A stretch of DNA of 64,000 bases from Leucoraja ocellata. Lineage: Eukaryota. The stretch lies in the NCBI GenBank assembly GCA_036785375.1, contig JAWMAR010000216.1, forward strand, positions 2,852,001 through 2,916,000. The letters are read 5' to 3'. Position numbers and translations under genes: made by a program. Positions 41,301 to 53,300 of this stretch are shown here, piece by piece. The notes beneath the pieces are model-generated. The model was given only the letters and a program-made list of their open reading frames with translations. It did no database searches and had not been told where the DNA came from. The first letter of the stretch is position 1; the number at the start of each line of letters is the position of its first letter.

Positions 41301-44300
41301 GAATCAAAGTGAGCACAGGTATTTATAGTTATATTAATAATTAGAAATGATTCACGAGAAAAATAACTTCAAAAAATATAAATTTCCCCTCTCCTGCATC
41401 AATAGATTTGGTGAAAGAGAAAATCAGTGTAGTGCAGATTAAAGGTGATGGAGAATGGAGACTAAGAAAGTTGAACAATGAAAAGCTTCTGTACACAAAC
41501 GACTCTCTTGTGAGATAAACATGAAAATTAGATTTAAAAAAAAGGTATATGGATGCAACAATGTATCATAAAAATGTCAGTCTCTGAAAGCAAAATTGCA
41601 TGGAGATGTCCATGCTATAGAGGTAGACAAAAATGCTGGAGAAACTCAGCAGGTGAGGCAACATCTATGGAGCGAAGGAAATAGGCGACGTTTTGGGTTG
41701 AGACCCTTCTCCAGAAGATGTTGTCAAGCTGGAAAGGGTACAGAAAAGATTTACGAGGATGTTGCCAGGACCAGAGGGTCTGAGCTATAGGGAGAGGTTG
41801 AGTAGGCTGGCACTATTCCTTGGAGCGCAAGAGGATGAGGGGTGATCTTATAGAGGTGTATAAAAACATGAGAGGAATAGATTGGGTAGACACACAGAAA
41901 CTCTTCCCCAGAATAGGTGAATCGAGGACCAGATGTCATAGGTTTAAGGAGAAAATATTTTTTTCACATAATGGGTGGTAGGTGCATGGAACAAGCTGCC
42001 AGGGGAAGTAGTTGAGGCTGGGACTATCCCAACATTTAAGAAACATGGTACATGGATTGGACAGGTTTGGAAGGATATGGACCAAACGCGGGGGAGGTGG
42101 GACTAGTGTTGCTGGGACATGTTGGCCATTGTGGGCAAGTTGGGCCGAAAGGCCAGTTTCCACACTGTATCACTCTATGACTCCAAGTCCCTTTCCAAAT
42201 GTAATTGGTTTCAACTGACAAAATCTAAGTTAGTTTATATTCATGTTAAAGGAGAACTGCATTCTATTCAATATTTTTTTGAAGAGCTGTTCTGGAAGAT
42301 AACCTACATCAGTGAAATTTTCATTCAAAGACAATTACATTATTATTCTCTCTTCTGTCATGTTTGGAATGATTGTGGTTTGCTTGTGCTTTGTGGCCAC
42401 ATCTGTCCAGTGTTTTCTGAATACAACCAAGGGATGTTTGCAACTTTTTGTCAAGAGCCAAAACATTGCTAAACATTGTATGTAATGCAGGCTATCTTCT
42501 TTAAGAACACAATGACAGTGAGAGGAAGCAGTAAAATGCAACTGTACATGGCAATTCTGCCAATTGTCAGCCTTATGTGATTTAGAACATCGCCATTTGA
42601 AGTATGGTTGAATTATCTTTTTACAGAATGTCAGTTTTTTGCTTTGATACTATGATCCCACATAACCATTTGAAAAGGGTAAATAGCTAAACTAAAAGCC
42701 ATAAACACAAAATTTAGTTGCTCAATTTAAAAAAAATACTAACCAAAATGTAAAACAAAATAAACAAGAATATATTTAAAAAAAACCTTGGACTCTTATG
42801 AAAAAGGTTAAAACTGCATTGAAATATATAGAAATTATTTTTCAGATAGGTCAGTTTAGTTTACTTTAGTTTATTGTCACGTGTACAGTTAAAAGCTTTT
42901 GTTACGTTATCCAGTAGGCGGAAAGACAATACATGATTACAATCAAGCCATTTACAGTGTATAGAAGTATGATAAGGGAATAACGTTAAGTGCGAGGTAA
43001 AGCCAGTAAAGTCCGATCAAAGATTGTCCGAGAGTCACTAATGAGGTAGAAAGTAATTCAAGACTGCTCTCTAGTTGTGTTAGGATGATTCAGTGTTTAA
43101 AAAGACCTTTAAATTTAGGGATGGATATTTAAATCCTTATATCAGAGTAAACCTACTCCCATGCACTCACCAAATTTTAATTGGAATGTTTTTAATGTCC
43201 AGTTTGCCATTTTGAATTTAGACTACAAAATATTAGAGGGAAATGACTATTGCTATCAATCCTAGAGAACCCTCCTACCAGTGATTACTGTAGAGAGCAG
43301 TTGATGAGAATGTCACTACCCAGAACATTGTCATCTTCATTGCTGAAAAATGGATGCAAAAAGTGAGGGAGCATTATGAGGAAGTTTGGAGATGGGAATA
43401 GGAGCAGCCTAATGATCTATATCTAGTTTTAAATGATGCCCCCATCCTCTTGAATCCCCTTTTAGGATATAGATTTAATTAGTTATTCCAAAAAAACCTT
43501 CAATCGTCTTAACCATCTTAATTAGATCTGCTCGCTGACCTATCAATTTTGAGGAAATACAAATCAGATTTATTTAACCAGCCCAGATAGTTTAAAACTT
43601 TAACTCTGATATAATTTTGATAAATCTGTGCTGTTTCCTCTCCAAGGTTAATCTATATGTTCAGCAGGAGTTCCACTTTCAAATCTGATGCAATTTTCCT
43701 GATAGTGATCGAAATTCTTGTACAACATTCTATTTCTTGCATTGCCAGAGAAACAGGCCCAGCAAAGGCCATTCATGGGACAATCATATTTTCCTCCTGG
43801 GGTTTCTGTCACCTATTCCCTCCCTTTTCAATCCTCCCCTTAATTGCCGACCCTCTGACACCCTTGACTCCCTGATGCGGGTCCACTGATCACTCCCTGG
43901 TGACGTTTCAATAGAGAATAGGTGCAGGAGTAGGCAATTCGGCCCTTCGAGCCAGCACGGCCATTCAATGTGATCATGGCTGATCATCCCCAATCAGTAC
44001 CCCGTTCCTGCCTTCTCCCCATATCCCCTGACTCCGCTATTTTTAAGAGCCCTAGGTTTCAGGTCTGAAGAAAGGTCTCGACCCAAAACATCACCCATTC
44101 CTTCTCTCAAGAGATGCTGCCTGTCCCGCTGACTTACTCCAGAATTTTGTGTACATCTACCATTTATTTTTTAATTGAAACTAAACTGGATGAACCTTAC
44201 ACTTTCATCACATAAGGTCCATCTATTGTAAGAATAGAAAGATGAAAACAAAATTCCATTGGCTTTAGCAATTTTCATTCAGAATATTATTATTTGGCAT

Positions 44301-47300
44301 GGCTTGCCAATTAAAAATATTGTACACAATGGAGGAAGAAAAGTAAATTCCAAAGAGGTTTAACTACTCTTGTGTCATTGTTATAGCGGCAGATTAATCA
44401 AATGAACAGGAGAATCTATGTACAAGTTTGCTTGTATTCTATCTCTGTGGAATCTCAACAGAGTTATGACAGAAGTCTGGAATGCCCACCATGAAATACA
44501 TTTCAGAACCACAGCTTATAGATATATTAAACCAGATATCACAAATGACAGAAATGAGTTGGAACACGATGATTTAATCCCATACATCCAGTTGTGAGTA
44601 ACTGAGCATTTATGTACCAGGGCAAAAGAACAATGAACATATGTATGGATGCAGAATATATTCATGAAGATCATGATACATAATACATGAAACTAAAACT
44701 GTAAAATTAGGTACCTGTTATATAATTTGTCATAATTTTCCTTCAAAAGATCTCGTTCCTTTTGTAAATCCTTGACTCTCTCTTTTAGCTGAATGAAAAA
44801 TGGATTACAAAGCCACAAAACAATAACAAGATGGATAAAACAAAGGTTGAATTCTGTATATTTTTCTTACAAATGCTGAATGTTATATTTCTCCCGTTTA
44901 AACTGTCTCCATCTTTTAAATCTAATTTCCATAGCTGTTTCGTACACTTATAATTCTTTAATCAACACTTCTTAGAATTAGTTTATGGTGGATTTTTCAT
45001 GCTGTTCACAGCGATTTGAAAAACAAAGCAGAAATTTGTCAGTTTTCAATTTGTCACCCAACGTGTTCAAAACAGTTGTAATAAAACAAGATGTTGTAAA
45101 ACTGTTTTAAACTTGACAAAATCAATGTTCCTTTTAATTAGAATTTCCAAATGAGCCTAATATGTGTTTAACCAGATGCTATCATATCAAACGATAGAGG
45201 GAATTAAAATATGTGCTCTTATTTTTAGGCTTAGATTAATTACTTAACTAAATTAACTATTTTAAGACATTACTTACATTCAAAATGAGATTTAGAACCA
45301 TTAATGTTTTCAATATATCTTTTCACTTACAATCGCAATTCCCTACCTAATATATATTTTGAAAGAAAATAACGAAAATACCTCTTCAGATGTTTTCTGC
45401 GAAAATGAGGTTGAGTGCAGCTGATTTTCAAGACATAGGCACTTAGAACGTTCTTCTTTCAGCTGTGCATTCAGTTCATCAACTTTATTCATTAAGGCAT
45501 CGTGACTGGCTTTCATGGTTCTCTGGTTCTGTAAAACAATACATGTTCAATAACAGTAGAGTTACTGTACATTTCAAAGTTCTGCCATGAAATCTTGTAA
45601 AAAAGATACAAGGAGATGTGAGAAAAAAACATCAGTTATCATCTGGAATTCACTGCCTACAAGAATACTGGAAATAAAAATCATTAATTGAGAGAATTGA
45701 AGTGACATTTGAGAGCAAATAATTTGCAGGACTATTGGGGGGAAAAACAGGGGAACACAACTGTGGGATTGTACTATTCTATAAGAGTTGGCATGCATTC
45801 GATAGGCTAAATGACTTCCATCTTTGTTGTAACAATTTTACAATTCTATGAAATACTTCAGAGGCTCGAAAGACATGCAAGTCCTATAAAACATTGAGGG
45901 TGAAGCCTGTTTTGTGCAAAGCTATTTTGCAACAACATCCATGAGACTCAAAGTTATACTGCAAATGAATCAGGGTCTGGTAACAGGGTAGATAGAGATG
46001 GTGGACAGTATTTTGGTCTCTTCAGGTAGTTTGGAGCATGCCTCAACTATTTTGTTGACACCTGAATCAGCGCAAGTGACCTTTGCAGTTCAAAGGCCAT
46101 TCAGATACAAATGTAACACCTGGCTTGAGAAATCTGTGCCGAATACTTCAACTTTGAGACATAAATCCCGTGTATGAAATTTAAAAAAGTTACTGCTTCT
46201 CAAGTAGCATTTCTAGAATAAGACAGATTAAATGAATGCAAGTTATTGCAATTAATGGGCCTGGTACTTCACCTTCTATGTTTTAAATTATGTTACTTTA
46301 TAAAGGATTTTTTAATTAAATTTGCAAAGCCGTGGTTCCTCGACCAGTTATGTTACCGTGTAAGAAATGGATTATATTTTTAGGAATCTGCATTGCTTCT
46401 GATAATTGAACTCTTACCTCCTGGATTTGCAAAAATTTCCCCTCCAAGACAGTCAAAGAAGCTGCTTTATCCATAAGTTGCTTTTGTAGCTTTATCATCT
46501 CTACATTGTCCCTGATAGTTGTCCTATAATGTAGGAAAAAAAGAACGTATTATACTGTGAACGGAGCAGAATCGATTTTCCATAGCATAAACTTTGGATG
46601 TGTTTTTTTTAATGTAATCTTCCGCTCAAAAGAATCAAAACTTTGTTCATCCATCCTTGTCTGCAGGGGAACGTGCAGTGGTGGGATTGTGAGCAGGCAT
46701 AAGGATCCCAATGATTATTTGGTAATAATGAGGTGCATGCACACCTGCAGAAAGTACAGTGATGGATATGTTTAAGTTTTAATTTTAAAGAAGCAGCATG
46801 GAAACAGGCCCTTTGACTCATCGAGTTCACGGCGACCAGTGATCACCCGTTGACAGTACGTCTATGTTATCCCACTTTCACATCCACTCCATACAGGCCA
46901 TACAGAATAAAGGGCAATTTACAGAGACCGATTAACTAACAAACGTACACGTCTTAGGGGTTTGGGAGGAAATCGGGTGCCCAGCAAAAACCACGTGATA
47001 ACAGGAAGAAAGTACAAACTCCACACAGACAGCATCCGAGTTCAGGGTTGAACCCGGGTCTCTGGCGTTGTGAGGCAGCTTGACCAACTGCACCATTGTG
47101 AAACCCTGATCAATCAAGTCATATAAACAAGTCAGACAAATAAACAAACTACCCGTGAATGATAAGACAAATATTTGATAACTAACATGCCTAATGTGAA
47201 ATTTGATCTGGTTTAAATGCAGCTCTTCAATTGAGTTTAATTTTAAGTCATTCTGAGATTTCATTGTAACAACTATGTGGCATTTTGAAAATGAAAAATT

Positions 47301-50300
47301 GTCATGTCAACATATAACATTATTGGTGAATTTTATTGGTGAAAATGACATTATTGGTGAATTTTACTGCAAACCTAAAAATGTTTTCACGTGGAGAGAT
47401 AATACACGTCGGTATTAGTAGATGATGGTTTTGCCAGTTGCTGATTCTTAGGGGTAACTAGATCAAGGAGGACCCATTGGGCCCTATTCCCCCAATGCAA
47501 TATTCCACCACTCACCCGTTCCCCCAATGCAACCTGTTCCCCCAACGCAATATTCCACCACTCACCCATGGCCCCCAACTGTGCAGGCGTGGCTCATTAC
47601 CCCTCATCCCCAGCACTCCCTCCCCCTCCTCTTCACCCTCCCTCCCCCTCTTCTTCACCCTCCCTCTTCTTTATCAACTCCTCCTACCCTCACCCACTCC
47701 CTCCCTCAGCTTTCCCCCTACCTTCAGTCACTCCCACCCTACCCCCCTCGTCTACATCTATCTCCCGGCTCCGCCACTCCTCACCTCTCCCCTATCTCAT
47801 TCCCCCACACAACACAATGTTTAAATATCATTTCTCCTCCTCCCCTTCTTAACTCCCTCCCTCACCTCTCCCTTCCCGTACCCTCAGTCGGCGCTCCCGG
47901 AGCCGATCAATTGACCCCACTTGGGGGGGGGGGGGGGGGGGGGGGGAGAGGAGGGGAGGCGCTCGCCTCCCCCCCCCAACCCACCCTCCCACAAGGAAAG
48001 TTGCGGATTTTGTTTTGTAAATTAAACCTCTCCCCTATTCCACCCCCCCAAAATAAAAAAAAACCCACGTGGGGGGAGGGGTCGGCGTCGCGCTCATCTC
48101 TCCCCCCCCATCCCACAAGGAAATTTCAGGAATTTTATTTTGTAAATGAAACCTCTCCCACATTCCACCTCACCCCCCACAATGAAAACCATTTTTTTTT
48201 TTGTAAATTAAACCTCCCCCCAAGAACTTGATTAAAACTTGATCTTTTTTAAAATCTTACTACCTCCCTCCCTCCCTAACCCCTCCCTACCACCATTGAG
48301 GTGGAAGCTGCTGATCCCATTCTGATGTAATTGTGGGCTGGAACACTGCTCATGGGCAGTTTATGTAAATTAATCCCATCGTGATGTCATTGTCGGGTGG
48401 AGCACGGCTCACGGGCAGTTTATGTAAATGAGATCCCATTGTGACATCATAGCTGCTAACTGCGACTGATTTTTCTCAAACTGGATTTAGTAAAGTACAA
48501 AAATGTGAATAACTTGTAAAATATAACATCAATCTAAACAAAACTTGATGCACCACACCGCAGGACAATGGTGAGTAAGGTGTTCAAAAATTGTAGCGCT
48601 ATCCTGTACCGTTTTGGCGTAATTCAGGGCATGACGAACACCCACGCACGCACACACACCCACACACAGACAAGATGAGAGTTTTAGTAATATATAGATG
48701 ATCTGATTCTATTAATGAAGTAGTTAAATAGCAAAAGAAGGTGACGACAAGACAGCTGATTAATGAGTAGGAGTTGACATATTATTGTGCTATTGACAAC
48801 ATTGTTGAAGACTGCCCAGAAAGGAGTCAGAGCTGGGGCAAGATGCATGTCTGGCATATCAGCATGATGATTGTACAATAAACAAACTTAATTGACTAAG
48901 TTAAACAGTTTGTTTAAAGTGTGGAGGAAATAGTATCCATGACATAAATAACATGTCATTTTTTTCAGGAAATGCAATCTGTGGAATGGCTAAAAACAAA
49001 TTATGCACGTAAATGTAGCGTTACTCATGTATAGCCGTGCAGTGTGTGTTTTCTTTAACAATAGTAAAGATTCTGCATAAAAGTAATTCAGATCAGCTCC
49101 TAATTACTGACTTCGCAATGCAAATCTCTGCAAATGAAAAGGGCTCCCACCATCTGTTTGCATGTACTTTGATCAGCCATCAAAAGAAAAAATGTATTGA
49201 TTAAAGACAGTCATCAAGTACAGATATCCATTAATTGGAATAATCTTAAAATAATCAAATTGATTATTATGGAAGGTAGACAAAAATGCTGGAGCAACTC
49301 AGCGGGTGAGGCAGCATCTATGGAGCGAATGAATAAGTGACGTTTCGGGTCGAGACCCTTCTTCAGACTGATGTGGGGGTGGGGGGGGGGGGCGGGAAGA
49401 AGAATGGAAGAGGTGGAGACACTGGGCTGTGGGAGAGCTGGGAAGGGGAGGGGAAGAAAGGAGAAAGCAAGGACTACCTGAAATTGGAGGTTAATGTTCA
49501 TACCGCTGGGGTGTAAACTACCCAAGCGAAGTATGAGGTGCTGCTCCTCCAATTTGCGGTGGGACTCACTCTGACCATGGAGGAGGCCCAGGACAGAAAG
49601 GTCGGATTCGGAATGGGAGGGGGAGTTGAAGTGCTGAGCCATCAGGAGATCAGGTTGGTTAATGCGAACTGTGCGGATGTGTTGGGCGAAGCGATCGCCA
49701 AGCCTGCGCTTGGTCTCACCGATGTAGAGCAGTTGATACCTAGAGCAGCAGATGCAATAGATGAGGTTGGAGGAGGTGCAGGTGAACCTCTGCCTCGCCT
49801 GGAAAGACTGCTTAGGTCCTTGGATGGAGTCAAGGGGGGAGGTAAAGCGACAAGTGTAGCATTTCCTGCGGTTGCAAGGGAAAGTACCAGGGGAGGGGTG
49901 GTTTGGGTGGGAAGGGACCAATTGACTAGGGAGTTACGGAGGGAGCGGTCTGTGCGGAAAGCCGAAAAGGGAGAGGATGGGAAGATGTGGCCAGAATGTT
50001 TGTGCCGAACATGAAGTTACGTTAAACTGATCTCATCTGTCTGCACGTGATTCATATCCTTCTATTCCTTGTACTTCCACGTGCTTACCTAAAATATATT
50101 CTAATTTAAAAGGATTCTTTAAAATTGCTTCACTCATGTTTCACTGTCTTGTAGAGAGCTATTTAGTTTTGAAAAACCTCCATTATGTGCAAGAATCATG
50201 TCAGTTATCTTGCCCTCGAACACTCAGTTCTACGGTTTTCTCCATGGTTATTAATTAAGCAACTGTTACGACCCATATGACTGGCGTCAACTTTAAAAAA

Positions 50301-53300
50301 TGAGCTTTTGGACCTTTAAGATAATATGAAAATGTTTATTGTGGTACGAAAGTTATTTTGTGTTCTACAATTTAATAAATGAATGGGATCATCTAATTTG
50401 TGCAGCTGTTCCACAAGATCAATACATCTATTAAAAAAATCATGTTAGCACTAAAAAGGATTTTCTGATTAAATAAGTTACTTGCACGTGAGCCACAAGT
50501 ACATCTATATGTCCAAAGCCTTTTTTTATACAAAAAGGAAATGAAACATGTGTGGAACACATGACAGCAGAAAGATTTTCAATGAGAACTGTACATGCCG
50601 CCACAACAAACCTGTATTACTGTGCTGCTCTCTAAATTGTTTACATGCAGTAAACAAATAAAAATGATGTACAATTTCCAATTTAATTACTGTGGTTATT
50701 TTGTGGAACACATTGTTGCACGAGTGCTTCTCTCTCTCCAGTGAATAATTTGTGACAGTGATTGTGGGTTATCATATTTTATGCTCTATCTTTCAACAGG
50801 ATAGTAACATATCTGCCTGATCTTGTCCATTATTTGTCCATGGTTCACCATTCTGTATTACTCTGTGCAACTAGATTTACTACACTTTTGTACTAAAATA
50901 AATAATCATGTAAACTTCAAAGTAAGACAGTTTTATCTCTTGCACTGAAACAATGAAAGCAAAGAATAATCATTAACTCATATTGCACAATATTTTCAAA
51001 AACCCTAAGCATACAAAATAATAAGCAACAGCAGTTTTAACTTATTTTTAATCATAGGACCCAATTTCATAAACCCACATCTTTATCCTGGTTGCAATTG
51101 CAATATTTTATAGTTAAAACAAAAGCAGACAATAATTCTTCATTGTTTTTAATCTTTATTTACTTCACTTTCAATTATTCTTGGACCCTTATCCGCCTAA
51201 ACACCAGCATAAGTTCCTAGGACATAGGAGCAGAATTAGGTCATCGCTGATCTATTGTTCTCTCTCAATCTCATTCTCTTGCTTTATCCCTGTAACCTGA
51301 CACCTTTAAGGACCTGTCCCACTTTCACGAGTTTTTCACAAATTCTCCCGAGTTTTCCCCTTGATTCAAACTCGCAGAATGTTCGTAACGAGTCCGTAGG
51401 AGTTCGTAGATATATCGTAGCGGCTCGTTATGCTAGCCGTAGGTACTCGTGGCATCAGGTAAGTCGGGACGTTTTTTCCAGCCCGATAAAAAATGTCCAC
51501 GAGTAAAATAATGGTGGGGATGAAAGAAATTGCAACTTTTTACTCATAAGGAGGGCATCGAAATAGTCGTGGAAATTCGTAGACATACTCGTAGGAGTTC
51601 GTGAACATAGTCGTGGAAGGTCGTTGGAGTTCGTAGATTACCACAACCTTGTTTTTTTTTTTTTAAAGGTCCTTTAAGCTCGGCAGAGGTTTTGAATTTA
51701 GTCGTGAAAGTGGGACAGGCCCTTTACTAATCAATAACCGATCAAACTCTGCTTTAAAAATAACTGCTGACTTGGCTTCCACAGCCATCTATGGCAATGA
51801 ATTCCACAGATTCACCACCGTCTGGCTAAAGAAAGTCTGCCTCAGCTCCATTCTTTTATTCTGAGGCTGTGCCTTCTGGTCCTAGACTCTCTGACAACTG
51901 GAAACATCCTCTTCACATCCACTTTATCTAGGCCTTCCATTATTCGGTAAGTTTCAATGCAATCCTCCCTTATCCATCTAAACTCCAGCGGGTACAGGCC
52001 CAGAGCCATCAAACGCTCCTCATATGTTAACCCAGTCATCCCTGGGATCATTCTCATAAGCTTCCTCAGGACCTTCTTCAGAGCCATCACATTCTTGCTC
52101 AGAGCCATCACAAAACTGCTCACAGTATTCCAAATGTGGGCTGACCACTGCCTTATAAAAACTTGGCATGACGTTCTTGCTTTTATATTCTAGTCCTCTC
52201 AAAATGAATGCTAACAATGCATTTCCTTTCAATACCTTTGAGAACTTATTTTTAAATGAACAAATACCCCTTTTTTGATATGTTTTCGAAAATCAACGTA
52301 CCAATGAACTGACATTTTTTTGTATTGGGGCAGGACTTTGCTGGCTGTAAAAGTTGTAAGTTATTTAATTAATTAAAAATATATCTGAATTTCAGAGTAA
52401 TTGACAGTGAAATATATAGATTTTAAAAAATGTAGAATTATTTGTCTTTTTAAAGTAGAATTATTTACCACAAGTAATTGAAAATAAACTACATTAATAT
52501 TAATAAAATAATATATTTTCTTTTACCTCTAAATCCTTATGCTATAACTCCCAAATATATCAAGAAGGGCTCAAAGCCTGTAACCAGTTTGATCTAATGA
52601 AAATCTCAGAGGCAATTCCCCAGTGAAATGATGGCCAAAACTGACAGAAGGGCTGCATTTCATTGCTGAGTCTTCAGGAGGGGATAATAATAGTCCACTC
52701 TTTCTGGGATTGGAATCGGCCTTCCAAATCAATGGGTAACTTCCAGCTTCTATGTTGCACAGTACTTGCTTGGAAGCATAGGATTTGCTTCACTCTCAAT
52801 GTTTGAATGGTTCTGATCGGAATAAGTGGCAATAGTCACAACTAACTAGCTCAATGAATGCTATGCCGACTTATGATCAGTGTCAGCCAATTTGTTTAAC
52901 TCAATTTGCAATTATTTCACGTCCCTTGACCAGATTTGAAAAAACAACAGCAACCCACCAGTATTGTAACCCACCAGTCAGAAAATGCAATGAATCAATT
53001 TAGCAGAGATAAGTTTTCATTTTGCAGCAAATCTATTTGAGATCTATCAACCTTGTAAAAGATGTTAATAGATGGATAACATATGTGGTAGAATGCAGAC
53101 ATTGAGGCAACTTTCTTCAGTTAAAATATTAAGTAATGAAACATTATGTAGAGCACATTTCCACATCTACAACCTTTTGTTCAAAGTTGGACCACAACAA
53201 CGGAAAAAACATGATTTTAATAAAGGAAAATAAGTACTTTGACATTTATTTCAAAGCAACCTAAACTCTGCAAAATTATTAGTTCTTGTTACAAGAAAGC

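Noticed and set aside
47317-47367. 19-bp direct repeat acattattggtgaatttta with a 31-bp period
   Set aside because: Simple local slippage duplication with no further structure.
47477-48231. Pro/Ser/Leu-rich ORFs up to 234 aa
   Set aside because: Translation of the low-complexity C/T tract inside the Helitron.
51381-51636. Regularly spaced repeats considered as a CRISPR-like array
   Set aside because: The 10-12 bp period has no unique spacers, lies inside a eukaryotic MITE, and there are no cas genes.
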